Shown one piece after another: positions 39,499 through 49,636 of a stretch of DNA of 64,000 nt. The notes beneath the pieces were generated by a model. The model ran no database searches. It was not told the DNA's origin and saw nothing but the letters and a program-made list of their open reading frames with translations. A program made the translations under genes and the position numbers. This DNA is from Pseudomonadota bacterium (GTDB taxonomy: Bacteria > Pseudomonadota > Gammaproteobacteria > Burkholderiales > Burkholderiaceae_C): the NCBI GenBank assembly GCA_040388335.1, contig JAZKCB010000031.1, forward strand, positions 7,076-71,075. The letters run 5' to 3'. How positions within the stretch are numbered: the stretch's first letter is position 1; each line of letters opens with the position of its first letter.

Positions 39499-39891
39499 AT
39501 GAAAAACCTGCAACCCAAAGAAGCCTGGGACTGGCTCCAGTCCCATACCGACAGCCTGTTTGTCGATGTCCGCATGGAGATCGAGTCGCTCTACGTCGGC
39601 CGGCCGCCCAATGTGGTCAACGTACCCTGGTATGAATACCCCGACCTGCAGCCTGATGCGCAGAAGTTTGCGGACGCGGTGTTGCGCGAGGCCACAGGCA
39701 AGGATCAACCGCTGCTGCTGATCTGCCGCTCCGGCCAGCGCACGCGCGATGCCGGCAAGGCGCTGGAGGCCGCCGGTTTTACAGATGTACAGCATGTGGT
39801 GCACGGTTTTGAGGGTGAGCTGGACGACGCATTTCGCCGCTCAACCATCTCTGGCTGGCGCTTCGAAGGCCTGCCCTGGGAACAGATGTAA
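39499..39891 (+). CDS. Rhodanese-like domain protein
   Basis: [26 protein letters not shown]. Confidence 0.85.
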   Translation: MKNLQPKEAWDWLQSHTDSLFVDVRMEIESLYVGRPPNVVNVPWYEYPDLQPDAQKFADAVLREATGKDQPLLLICRSGQRTRDAGKALEAAGFTDVQHVVHGFEGELDDAFRRSTISGWRFEGLPWEQM

Positions 39892-39914
39892 TCCTGAGCA
39901 CTTCACTGCTCCCG

Positions 39915-41801
39915 ATGCCCTTGTCTGAACTTTCTGCGATCACCCTCATTCCCACGCCACTGGACATCCTCGGCGAAGTCTTCGGCTACAGCGAATTCCG
40001 CGGGCCGCAGCGGGCCATCGTCGACCATGTGATTGCCGGCGGCGACGCGCTGGTGCTGATGCCCACGGGCGGCGGCAAGTCGCTGTGTTACCAGATCCCC
40101 GCGATTGCGCGGCAAAACGCGGGCCACGGCGTGACCATCGTGATCTCCCCGCTGATCGCGCTCATGCACGACCAGGTGGGCGCGCTGCATGAGGCCGGCG
40201 TGTCCGCCGCTTTCCTCAACTCCACCCAGGGTTTTGAAGAAAGCAGCGCACTTGAAAAGCAGATGCTGCGCGGCGAGTTGACTCTGGTCTACGCCGCACC
40301 CGAACGCCTGAACACGCCGCGCATGAAGGACCTGCTGCGCTCGCTGCATGAGCGCGGCAAGCTCAGCCTGTTTGCGATTGACGAGGCGCATTGCGTCAGC
40401 CAGTGGGGTCACGACTTCCGGCCCGAGTACCGCTCGCTCAGCCTGCTGCACGAGATCTTTCCCGATGTGCCGCGCATGGCGCTTACGGCGACTGCCGATG
40501 CGCTGACACGCCAGGACATGGTGGAGCGGCTCAAGCTCGAAGATGCCCGGCACTTTGTCAGCAGTTTTGACCGTCCCAATATCCGCTACACCATCGTCGA
40601 GAAAACCGAAGGTACCAAACAGCTTCTGCGCTTTATTGAAAGCGAACATGCGGGCGAGGCCGGCATTGTGTATTGCCAGTCGCGCAAGCGTGTCGAGGAA
40701 ATCGCCGACACGCTGCAGGACGCCGGCATCAAGGCGATGGCGTATCACGCCGGTCTGGACAGCAGCCTGCGCCAGCAGCGGCAGGACCGCTTTCTGCGCG
40801 AAGACGGCATGGTGATGGTGGCCACGATTGCCTTTGGCATGGGCATCGACAAACCTGACGTGCGTTTTGTAGCGCACCTGGACATGCCGAAAAACATCGA
40901 AGGCTACTACCAGGAAACCGGCCGCGCCGGCCGCGACGGGCTGCCCTCAAACGCCTGGATGACCTACGGCCTGCAGGACGTCGTGAACCAGCGTCGCATG
41001 ATTGACACCAGCGAGGCCGCCAGCGAAGAGTTCAAGGTGGTGATGCGCGGCAAGCTCGATGCACTGCTCAGCCTGGCCGAAGACACGCGTTGCCGCCGGG
41101 TCAGTTTGCTGCATTACTTCGGCGAAGACAGCCAGCCCTGTGGTAATTGCGACAACTGCTTGAACCCGCCCAAAGTGTGGGACGCCACCGAACCCGCCCG
41201 CAAGATGCTCAGCTGCATCTACCGCGTGCAACAGGCCAGCGGCATCAACTTTGGCGCAGGCCATCTGATGGACATCCTGCGCGGCAAGCCGACTGAAAAG
41301 GTGGTGCAGTACCAGCATGACAAACTCAGCACCTTCGGCATAGGCGCCGACCTGGGCGAAGCGCAGTGGCGTGCCGTGCTGCGCCAGCTGATTGCCAAAA
41401 ACATGGTGCGCGTGGATGTGGACGCCTTCAACACCCTGCAGTTGCTGCCCGACGCACGCCAGGTGCTCAAGGGCGAGACCGCCGTCATGCTGCGTGAGCA
41501 ACTGGCCGCCGACAAAACCAGCCGCAGCAAGAAGGCCACCAAGACATCCGTCAAGGGCATGGCCGAAGCCGCACTCAACGCCGGCGCGCTGGAGCGGCTG
41601 GCCAGACTGAAGGCCTGGCGGGCCGAGGTGGCGCGAGAGCACAACCTGCCTGCATTTGTGATATTTCACGACTCCACGCTGCGTGCGCTGGCCGAGCGGG
41701 CGCCCACCAGCATGGACGAGCTGGAGGGCATTGCCGGCATGGGCATCAAAAAGCTGGAGGCCTACGGCGCCGATGTGCTGCGCGTCTGCGCGCCCGTTTG
41801 A
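39915..41801 (+). CDS. recQ: ATP-dependent DNA helicase RecQ
   Basis: [46 protein letters not shown]. Confidence 0.97.
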   Translation: MPLSELSAITLIPTPLDILGEVFGYSEFRGPQRAIVDHVIAGGDALVLMPTGGGKSLCYQIPAIARQNAGHGVTIVISPLIALMHDQVGALHEAGVSAAFLNSTQGFEESSALEKQMLRGELTLVYAAPERLNTPRMKDLLRSLHERGKLSLFAIDEAHCVSQWGHDFRPEYRSLSLLHEIFPDVPRMALTATADALTRQDMVERLKLEDARHFVSSFDRPNIRYTIVEKTEGTKQLLRFIESEHAGEAGIVYCQSRKRVEEIADTLQDAGIKAMAYHAGLDSSLRQQRQDRFLREDGMVMVATIAFGMGIDKPDVRFVAHLDMPKNIEGYYQETGRAGRDGLPSNAWMTYGLQDVVNQRRMIDTSEAASEEFKVVMRGKLDALLSLAEDTRCRRVSLLHYFGEDSQPCGNCDNCLNPPKVWDATEPARKMLSCIYRVQQASGINFGAGHLMDILRGKPTEKVVQYQHDKLSTFGIGADLGEAQWRAVLRQLIAKNMVRVDVDAFNTLQLLPDARQVLKGETAVMLREQLAADKTSRSKKATKTSVKGMAEAALNAGALERLARLKAWRAEVAREHNLPAFVIFHDSTLRALAERAPTSMDELEGIAGMGIKKLEAYGADVLRVCAPV

Positions 41802-41865
41802 TGCCGGCAGGCCTGTGCCCTGTCGCTGTAAACCGTGTTGAGTTCCGGGCGGGGGTTGACCCGGA

Positions 41866-43659
41866 ATGACTGGCTTGCTGCAAAATCAGGCCATGCACAA
41901 CCCGCAACAGCAGTGCTCAAACAGACGCTCATACCGACTCGCAGCCGCCGGGCAAAGCCTGTGGTGCCTGATCGCGCTGGTGATGCTGCTTTGGGCTCAG
42001 CCCGCGGCAGCCCAGTTGCAGCCGGTGGTGCTGGAGACCGAAAGCCAGGCCGTCCGGATTGATCCCCCGCTTGAATTCCTGATCGACCGCAGCGGGAAAT
42101 TCAGCATTGAGCAGGTCGAGCAGCAGGAGGACGGCGTGTTCAGGCCGCTGGACTTGCGGCAGCCCCTTGTTCTCGGCGGTGCAGCGATGTGGATGCGCTT
42201 CGACGCCAGCGTCACCAGTGCGGCGGCACGCTGGCGGCTGGCCATTCCCATGCCCACGCTGGATGAGGCGACCCTGTATTACCGCAACGCCGCCGGCCAG
42301 TGGGTGGTGCAGCGTGCCGGTGATCACCTGCCGAGAAGCGTCTGGTCGCAACGCGGGCGCTACCCCGTGTTTGAGCTCTCCGCCGCGACGGGCCAGACGG
42401 TGCGTTACTACATCCAGCTCAGGCAGCTGCGCATGCCTTACTCCATTCCACCGCAGATCCTGAGCGATGCGGAATACATCGAAAGCCGCCAGAACGAGCA
42501 GACACTGCTCGGCATTTATTTCGGCTTCGTCATCGTGATGGTGGCGCTGGCCGCGTTCAACGCGGTCAACAGCCGGGATCTGGGCTTTGGCCTGCTGGGT
42601 TTGCAAATGCTGCTGTTTGCCTGCGCCCAGGCGGTGTCCAGCGGATTGGCGGGGCTCTATGTCTGGCCACAATCGCCCCAGTTGAACGACGCGGCGGCGG
42701 TCATGTTCAATCTTTGCTCGGCATCCGCAGCCCTGTGTTTCGCAAGGGCCGTGTGCACACCCATGCGGTACTCCAGGTACTTTGACAGCGTGATGCTGGC
42801 CCTCATATTCCTCCTGCCGCTGGCGGGCGTCACGGATCTCATTTTTTCAACCCACGCGAGTTTTATCGCGCTCAACATCACGGTGACCGCCGCATTGGCC
42901 GCCCTGCTGGTGGGCATAGGCATAGGCATGTACGAGCGTGACCGCGACACGCGCTGGGTCGCCCTCGGGTTCTCGCCCCTGCTGTTGACGGCATTTATCC
43001 TTCTGGCCAGGAACCTGGGGCTGGTGCCTTCGGGCTTCTGGGCCGACGGCAGTCGCATACTGGCGACGATGCTGGGGTCGCCCATCCTGTTTTACGTCCT
43101 CTGGCGCCGCATAACCCAAAGCCGTAACCTCAGCTCGCGCGCCACAGCGCTGCGCAACACCGATCCGCTGACAGGCCTTTACTCCACCAAGGTGCTGCTC
43201 AGCAAACTGCGCAAATCGCTGGCGACCGGTGAGCGCTACCAGCTGCCGTTTGCGCTGCTGGTGATCAATCTGGCCAACCTGGCCGGCCTGCAGAAACATC
43301 ACGGGCGCGAGACGGCAGACCGCGCCATGGTGATGGGTGCCTCACGTATCAGCGGCATTGCGCACGCCACAGACACCCTGGCGCGCGTGGGAGACAGCCA
43401 GTTCGCCCTGTTGCTGGAAGGGCCGCTGACCATGGATGCCGCCAACGACGTGGCAACAAAAATCCTGGCCAGCGGGCTCAGGCCGTCCAACCAGCTGCCG
43501 GACGCCGAACCGCTGAAGTTTCATATCGCCGTCGGCCATATGGGCAACGACCCCGGCAGCCCCGTCACCCAGGCCGAAGCCCGGCTGGCGCACATGCTGC
43601 TGACGGTCAAGTCCATGGACGACGGCTCCGGCAAGGCCATACGGCAAGTCAGGTTCTGA
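41866..43659 (+). CDS. 7TMR-DISM sensor with degenerate GGDEF domain
   Basis: Periplasmic DISMED2-like region, 7 TM, TDPLTGL, ARVGDSQFALL in place of GGDEF. Confidence 0.8.
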   Translation: MTGLLQNQAMHNPQQQCSNRRSYRLAAAGQSLWCLIALVMLLWAQPAAAQLQPVVLETESQAVRIDPPLEFLIDRSGKFSIEQVEQQEDGVFRPLDLRQPLVLGGAAMWMRFDASVTSAAARWRLAIPMPTLDEATLYYRNAAGQWVVQRAGDHLPRSVWSQRGRYPVFELSAATGQTVRYYIQLRQLRMPYSIPPQILSDAEYIESRQNEQTLLGIYFGFVIVMVALAAFNAVNSRDLGFGLLGLQMLLFACAQAVSSGLAGLYVWPQSPQLNDAAAVMFNLCSASAALCFARAVCTPMRYSRYFDSVMLALIFLLPLAGVTDLIFSTHASFIALNITVTAALAALLVGIGIGMYERDRDTRWVALGFSPLLLTAFILLARNLGLVPSGFWADGSRILATMLGSPILFYVLWRRITQSRNLSSRATALRNTDPLTGLYSTKVLLSKLRKSLATGERYQLPFALLVINLANLAGLQKHHGRETADRAMVMGASRISGIAHATDTLARVGDSQFALLLEGPLTMDAANDVATKILASGLRPSNQLPDAEPLKFHIAVGHMGNDPGSPVTQAEARLAHMLLTVKSMDDGSGKAIRQVRF

Positions 43660-43660
43660 G

Positions 43661-43825
43661 AGGCCAAATGTTAACTTGCAGGTTAACATTTGGCCTTCGA
43701 CGAGCTTTTTTCGGGCATTTGGGGTGCCTTCAATCCTTCAACATGCCTCAAAAAGCCCTTTTTCAGGCATCAAAATGGCCTTAAGCCCAATGAATACGGG
43801 CGTGAGCAGCTACTAAATATGTAGC
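43661..43825 (+). repeat. Dispersed intergenic element copy 3
   Basis: Perfect 15-bp stem AGGCCAAATGTTAAC-N6-GTTAACATTTGGCCT; end ...GCAGCTACTAAATATGTAGC. Confidence 0.85.
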
Positions 43826-43846
43826 ACTCAGCGGCTCTCCGCTTCT

Positions 43847-44854
43847 TCAGACAGCGCCCGCCACCGTCCAGTCCGCCACCTTGAAGTCCTTGCGGATCAG
43901 GTTTTCAGCCAGCAGAAAGCGTTTGACCTCTTCAATCAGCGCCAGACCTTCTGCCGGATAAGCGGTGTCGGGGAAGTGCGAAACCGGGAACGACGCCTTC
44001 ACGGCCGCAACCGGAAAGCCTGCCGCCTCGGAGTGGAAGGCGTAATAGGCCTCGTTGTCCTTGCGGATGTCCTGCAGCGCACGCGTGCGGGCGCGGGCCC
44101 AGGCAGCGGGCAGGCCGGGCGAGGTTGCGACCAGCTTTGGCGAGGTGATGATCACCTGGGTCCCGCGCAGGCTCGGGTGCTTTTCGGCTTCGTCAATCAC
44201 CGGGTAACCCCGCGATGCGAGCGTGGGGCCCGTGTTGATGGGCGCGGCAAAGGCGGCGACAGCACCTTTCTCCAGCGCCGGTTCACCATCGCGCGGCAGC
44301 ATGTGCACGACCCTGACCTTCTTCTGCAGGCCGTTTTCTTTCAAAAGGCCCAGCAGGTAGCGGTGCATATAGGAGCCCAGTGCCACGCCGACGGTTTTGC
44401 CTTCCAGCTCCCTGACCGACTTGACGCCATCACGCGGCGTGAGCAGCCAGACATTCATGCCGACATTGTCAAAACCCAGCAGGCCGCCCTCAAAGCCCTG
44501 TGCGCGCGCCACGACCGCAGGCGTGTCGCCATAGATGCCCACGTCGAGGTGGCCAGCCACAAAGGCTTCGTTCAGGTCGGGCCCGTTCGGAAAGACGCGC
44601 GTCACGACGCCGGTAAAGCCCAGAGGTGCCAGTTCCCGCTGCAATTGACCTTGCTGCAAGGCCCAGCCCGTGGCCGATGAAGGTTTTTTGCCGGGCCCGA
44701 TAAAGCCCAGGCGCAGCACATTGCCGGCGGGCGCAGTTTGCGCACGGGTGATGCCGGGCAGGGCCAGCGTTGCGACGCCAGCCAGGGCCGAGCCGAGCAG
44801 GCGGCGGCGCTGTTTTTGTTGTCGGGAGGTCAGGTCTGTTTTCAAAGTCGTCAT
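43847..44854 (-). CDS. SsuA/AsfC-like substrate-binding protein with Tat-like signal
   Basis: QRRRLL plus hydrophobic stretch, FPNGPDLNEA, LDVGIYGDTP. Confidence 0.8.
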   Translation of the reverse strand: MTTLKTDLTSRQQKQRRRLLGSALAGVATLALPGITRAQTAPAGNVLRLGFIGPGKKPSSATGWALQQGQLQRELAPLGFTGVVTRVFPNGPDLNEAFVAGHLDVGIYGDTPAVVARAQGFEGGLLGFDNVGMNVWLLTPRDGVKSVRELEGKTVGVALGSYMHRYLLGLLKENGLQKKVRVVHMLPRDGEPALEKGAVAAFAAPINTGPTLASRGYPVIDEAEKHPSLRGTQVIITSPKLVATSPGLPAAWARARTRALQDIRKDNEAYYAFHSEAAGFPVAAVKASFPVSHFPDTAYPAEGLALIEEVKRFLLAENLIRKDFKVADWTVAGAV

Positions 44855-44892
44855 AGTCGATTCAGTTCAGTTCGGAAAGTTTTAGTCAGGGA

Positions 44893-45222
44893 TCAATGCG
44901 CGCGTTTGAGCAGTTCAAAACTCGAGTCCATGCGCGCGGTCGGTGTGCGGCCCTTGCCCCAGCCGATGGCGTTGCGGTAGCTGCCCATCAGCGCGCGGGT
45001 GTCACCCTCGTGTTCCGCCACCTGGAAAGCGTGATCGGCCATCGGCGCGACGTAAAGCGCGTCTTCGGGGCAATAAAGCTCGCACATGAAGCAGGTCTGG
45101 CAATCGTGCTGGCGCGCAATCACCGGCGGCTTGCCGGGCACCATGTCGAACACATTGGTCGGGCAGGCCGTCACGCAGATATTGCAGGCGGTGCAGCGTT
45201 CGGCGCTCACAATTTCAATCAT
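44893..45222 (-). CDS. 2x[4Fe-4S] ferredoxin (AsfB/AprB-like)
   Basis: CTACNICVTACP and CQTCFMCELYCP; ATGA overlap with upstream gene. Confidence 0.88.
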   Translation of the reverse strand: MIEIVSAERCTACNICVTACPTNVFDMVPGKPPVIARQHDCQTCFMCELYCPEDALYVAPMADHAFQVAEHEGDTRALMGSYRNAIGWGKGRTPTARMDSSFELLKRAH

Positions 45223-46850
45223 GCTGCGACTCCAGCCGGGGCCGTGGTGTTCACCGCCTGTTTGCGCACCCACACCTCATCCAGCCCGCCACTGACCAGC
45301 CGGTGCTGTTGCAGCGGGTCTACCGCCGTGTATTCCTTGCGGCGGTGCATGCCGCGCGTTTCGGTGCGCTGCAATGCGCTGCGGTACATCCAGCGCGAAG
45401 TGGCCAGCATGGCGGCGGCCTCGCGTGCGCGCACGGCCTCTTGCGGATTGGCGGCAGGCGCGCCACTGCGCAGGCGGTCCCACAGTGCGTCCAGGCGTTG
45501 CAGGGAATCTTCAAGGACGTCACCGCGCCGGTACCAGTTGCGCTCATAAGGAAAGACTTCCGCCTGCACTACGCGAATGATTTCAGCGCTGTCGGGTGCA
45601 TGGCTGCCTTTGCCCTGCAACGCGACACCGCCGGCACGCAAGGCAATGCGTGTGGCACTGCTGCGCGCATTGCAGCCAAAAGTTGCTGCACCCGCACCCG
45701 CCCAGAAGCCGGATGACAGGGCCCAGGCCGCGTTGTGGCTGCCGCCGCCGGTAAAGCCGCCGCAAATCAGCTCACGTGTGGCCGCATCGCCCGCCGCGTA
45801 AAGGCCCGGCACGCTGGTCGCGCAATCCTCGCTCACCACATGCAGGCCGCCGGTGCCGCGCACCGTGCCTTCCAGCCGCAGGGTGACGGGGAAATGCTGC
45901 GTGAACGGGTTGATGCCCTGGCGGTCAAACGACACAAAGAAGTTGGGCTGTGCCGTACGCATCCAGCCCTTGATGCTGTCGTCTGCCCGGTCCAGGCAGG
46001 CAAACACCGGCTGGGTCTGCAAGGTTTTGGCAATGACACTACGGCCGCGCGAGGAGCCCGCGCCTTCTATCGGCGTGCCGTCCTTGTAGTAGAAGGTCGC
46101 CCAGTTGTAGAACAGCGATTTGGTGACCGATGAAAAAGCCGGGCCCAGGCCGTAGGCGTTGGAGAACTCCATGCCGGAGAGTTCTGCACCGACCTCTGCC
46201 GCCATCAAATGCCCGTCGCCTGTCAGCACATTGCAACCCAGCGCGCGACTTAAAAATGCACAGCCGCCGGTAGCAATCACCACCGCCCCCGCATGGGCCA
46301 CCCAGGTGTCGCCGGTCTGGCGGTTGACGCCGGCCGCACCGCACACCGTGCCGTGTTCATCGACCAGCAATTCGAGCGCCGGGCTGTGGTCAATGATGCG
46401 CGCCCCGGCAGACTTGACCTGCTTGCGCATCAGCCGCATATATTCAGGGCCCTGCAATGAGGTGCGGCGCAACTGGCCCTCTTCATCCACCGGGAAGGGG
46501 TAGCCCCATTCGGTGAGCTTGTCGACATTGGCCCAGGTCTGCGCCAGCACGCGGTCCATCCAGGCATGCTCGGCAAGCTGCCCGCCCATCACATAGCGGC
46601 TGTCCTTGGCTTTGGCGCGCGCATCGCCGTCGGGTGACACATGCCAGAGGCCTGTGCCCGATGGCGCAGTCGCACCCGAGGTACCGCAGTAGCCCTTGTC
46701 AGCCAGAAGAACATTGGCGCCGGTCGCTGCCGCACTGATCGCCGCCCATGCACCTGCCGGGCCGCCGCCGATCACCAGCACATCCACGTCGTGGCGCGCC
46801 GAGCCTGCCGCGCCAGACAGCGCCTGTGTCACAAAATCCCGTGTTCCCAT
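45219..46850 (-). CDS. FAD-dependent oxidoreductase, fumarate reductase/APS reductase family (AsfA-like)
   Basis: DVLVIGGGPAG, VVIATGG, GLYAAGD, RTETRGMH; AAGGAG SD before ATG 46850. Confidence 0.85.
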   Translation of the reverse strand: MGTRDFVTQALSGAAGSARHDVDVLVIGGGPAGAWAAISAAATGANVLLADKGYCGTSGATAPSGTGLWHVSPDGDARAKAKDSRYVMGGQLAEHAWMDRVLAQTWANVDKLTEWGYPFPVDEEGQLRRTSLQGPEYMRLMRKQVKSAGARIIDHSPALELLVDEHGTVCGAAGVNRQTGDTWVAHAGAVVIATGGCAFLSRALGCNVLTGDGHLMAAEVGAELSGMEFSNAYGLGPAFSSVTKSLFYNWATFYYKDGTPIEGAGSSRGRSVIAKTLQTQPVFACLDRADDSIKGWMRTAQPNFFVSFDRQGINPFTQHFPVTLRLEGTVRGTGGLHVVSEDCATSVPGLYAAGDAATRELICGGFTGGGSHNAAWALSSGFWAGAGAATFGCNARSSATRIALRAGGVALQGKGSHAPDSAEIIRVVQAEVFPYERNWYRRGDVLEDSLQRLDALWDRLRSGAPAANPQEAVRAREAAAMLATSRWMYRSALQRTETRGMHRRKEYTAVDPLQQHRLVSGGLDEVWVRKQAVNTTAPAGVAA

Positions 46851-47061
46851 CGTTCGCACTCCTTGATTCAGCCGCATGCTGCGTCGAGAGGTCGAAGCGC
46901 GCAGCGGAGGGCCAGTTTAGGAAGCGCTCACCCAAAAGGGAACGAATGGATTTCTATATCCTTAATGCTTATTTGTAGGGTCGCTGTGGATGGTGAAGCC
47001 TACAGACAGAAGCGTCATAAGCTAGTGACGTGATGCAGAGGCACGACGGCATGATGCGCCT

Positions 47062-49434
47062 TCAGTGCATGAAACCCATGCTGCGTGACTCACGCACTTC
47101 GGGCTTGATGCGGTGCTCGGCCTCCAGCTGGCTCATGAACTCATCGGCCGTGAATGTCGCGGCAAGGATGTCAGTCTGGCGTTTGACGGCCGCAAAGTCG
47201 CCGGGACAGATTTGCGCGAGTTGCGCGAGCCGTGTTCGCAACTCGGGTGTCAACAACGCAGCGTCACCGGCGAGCGCTTCTGTCACAAACATGGTTTCGC
47301 GCTGCTCCGCTGTCAGGGGCTTGAACTTGATCTTGAAGGTAAAGCGCCGCAGCGCCGCCTGGTCCAGGCTTTCAAGCAGGTTGGTGGTGCAGATAAAGAT
47401 GCCAGCGTAGCGCTCCATGCCCTGCAGCATTTCATTGACCTCGGTCACTTCATAGGTGCGCTGCGCACCGCGCCTGTCCTGCAGAAAGCTGTCGGCCTCG
47501 TCGAGAAGCAGCACGGCTTTTTCAAGCTCGGCTTCCTTGAACATGGCGGCCATGTTCTGCTCGGTCTCGCCCACATACTTGCTCATCAGGTCACTGGCCT
47601 GCTTGATGATGAGCGGCTGGTCCAGCGCCTTCGCAATATGTTCGGCCAGCGCAGTCTTGCCGGTGCCGGGCGCGCCATAAAAACACAGGCTGCCGTGGCC
47701 GCGGCTTTTCAGCGCCTCGACAATGCGCGGTACTTCAAAGCGCGATTCAACATTCAGCATGCCCAGGTCATAGGTCGTGACGCTGCGGCGGCCTCTGGTC
47801 TGCTCCTTGTTGCCAAGTGCAACGTCGGCATTCTTGAGCTGGCGCTCAATCAATGACTCCAGAAGCGCGGGCCGGCCGCCTTCGAAAATGGCCTGCATAT
47901 CGGCCGCATCAACCTGCGCATCCATTTTTTCTTCAGGGGCGCTGGCAAGCCGGGCAAAGCGCACTGCCGTTCGTATCTGCGCTGGCGTCAGACCCTTGCG
48001 TGCTGTGAGCTTGGCGATAAACGCTTCACTGACCTGCACGCCTTCCAGCGTCTTGCGCACCACGCCTTCACGTGCGCCGGGCGGCGGTGAGCGCAATTCG
48101 AGGTGATAGGCAAAACGGCGGCGAAATGCCGGGTCTATCTGCTCGATGCGGTTGGTCACCCACAACGTCGGCACGGTGTTGGACTCAAGGATCTGGTTGA
48201 CCCAGGCTTTGCCGTTGACCGAGCCATTGACGGGCGCGGGCATTTGTTCAGAACGCGCCAGCAGCTGCGCCGCTTCGCTGGAAATCGGCGGGAAGACATC
48301 TTCCACTTCATCAAACAACAAGGCCGAATGCGTGCTGCCCTTGAGAAAAACCTGCGCAATCTGCAGCGAGCGGTAGCGATCACGCCCGCTCAGCGAATTG
48401 CCATCGCGGTCGGCGTATTCAACTTCAAAAAGGTCAAGGCCCGCCGCCTGAACCACCACTTTGGCGAGCTCGGTCTTGCCGGTGCCGGGTGGGCCATAGA
48501 GCAGCACATTCACGCCCTGCTCCTTGCCCGCGACGGCATTGCGCAGCAAAGACACCAGCACGTCGGCGTCTTCCTGCACAAAGGCAAAGTCGTTGAGCCC
48601 CAGCTCACTGCGCGCGGCAGGGCGGGTAAAGACAGCCATGAGTTCGTTCTGATCGCGGTATTCGCGCATCAGCACGGGCGGCAGCTTTTCACTGACCTTC
48701 ATGAGGTCGGCCAGGTCGGTGATGTTGTGTTCGGAGATCAGGTTTTCGACCATGCCGATGCGCTCCAGCCGCGAGCCAGCGCGCAGGGCCTCGGCCACCT
48801 CGGGCGCCTTGACGCCGGCGACATCGGCTATAGCGGCATAGGCCTCGGGGGCGTTGTTGACCTTGAACTCCACCAGCAGCGAACGCAAATCACGCTGATA
48901 GCGGGCCAGGGTGCCGTAGAGCAGCAGCGCACGCTCGGCGCGGTTGAGCTGCAGCAGGTTGGCCAGTGCGTCGATGTTTTTTTCGACCAGGGTCGACTGC
49001 TTTTTCAGCGCGTGTGTCAGCCATTCGCCGGTGGCGCTCAACACCGACAGCAAATCCTTGGGCTGGTCCTTGGCGTGTTCGTCAAGATAGAAGAACAGCG
49101 TGCCTTCTTCATAAGGGCCGCGCCAGGTGCCGTGACGGGTGAGGAACTCCGCGTCGCTCAGGGCTTCATGGCCGCGCCAGAATTCGTTGTCCTTGCAGCG
49201 GCGGCCCAGAAATTCGCGTAGGCGCTGCATGGCGGGCAGCGGCCACACCAGATGCCGGCCTGACAGCGACAGCAGGCTGTTGAGATCGCGGCGCACATTG
49301 AACTTGGCGCCCTGGCGCGCAGCCAGTGTCAGCACGAAATGCGAGCACATCAGGTCCAGCACCGGTGCCTGTTTCAGACCCGGTGACAAAAGCCATTGCG
49401 ACTGGTCGCTCACGGAACGCTTGCTCATGAACAA
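47062..49434 (-). CDS. Double-AAA+ ATPase of unknown function
   Basis: GPPGTGKT/LLFDE/AFRRRF and GAPGTGKT/LLLDEAD/AALRRF. Confidence 0.88.
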   Translation of the reverse strand: MFMSKRSVSDQSQWLLSPGLKQAPVLDLMCSHFVLTLAARQGAKFNVRRDLNSLLSLSGRHLVWPLPAMQRLREFLGRRCKDNEFWRGHEALSDAEFLTRHGTWRGPYEEGTLFFYLDEHAKDQPKDLLSVLSATGEWLTHALKKQSTLVEKNIDALANLLQLNRAERALLLYGTLARYQRDLRSLLVEFKVNNAPEAYAAIADVAGVKAPEVAEALRAGSRLERIGMVENLISEHNITDLADLMKVSEKLPPVLMREYRDQNELMAVFTRPAARSELGLNDFAFVQEDADVLVSLLRNAVAGKEQGVNVLLYGPPGTGKTELAKVVVQAAGLDLFEVEYADRDGNSLSGRDRYRSLQIAQVFLKGSTHSALLFDEVEDVFPPISSEAAQLLARSEQMPAPVNGSVNGKAWVNQILESNTVPTLWVTNRIEQIDPAFRRRFAYHLELRSPPPGAREGVVRKTLEGVQVSEAFIAKLTARKGLTPAQIRTAVRFARLASAPEEKMDAQVDAADMQAIFEGGRPALLESLIERQLKNADVALGNKEQTRGRRSVTTYDLGMLNVESRFEVPRIVEALKSRGHGSLCFYGAPGTGKTALAEHIAKALDQPLIIKQASDLMSKYVGETEQNMAAMFKEAELEKAVLLLDEADSFLQDRRGAQRTYEVTEVNEMLQGMERYAGIFICTTNLLESLDQAALRRFTFKIKFKPLTAEQRETMFVTEALAGDAALLTPELRTRLAQLAQICPGDFAAVKRQTDILAATFTADEFMSQLEAEHRIKPEVRESRSMGFMH

Positions 49435-49636
49435 ACCTCCAAGTTTGCAAAGAACGCTTGCCGAACTCCCTCCAGACAGGCCTCACCATAACGCAGCTTG
49501 GTACATGTTGGAAGACACTTGTTTCAAAAGCCCGTGTGGAATACGCCACAGGCAGGGCTGTCTGGCCACATAATCCGGCAAAACCGCGGCTCCATGGCGT
49601 GGCCACGCAGAGCCCGGTTGTACAGCAAGGACATTC

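Noticed and set aside
45219-46850. sdhA, nadB or dissimilatory aprA
   Set aside because: No sdhBCD, nadAC, sat or qmo context; the adjacent SsuA-like protein fits an asf-like role better.
47062-49434. AAA ATPase as a phage-defence system
   Set aside because: No neighbouring nuclease, protease or other defence gene, and composition looks host-like.
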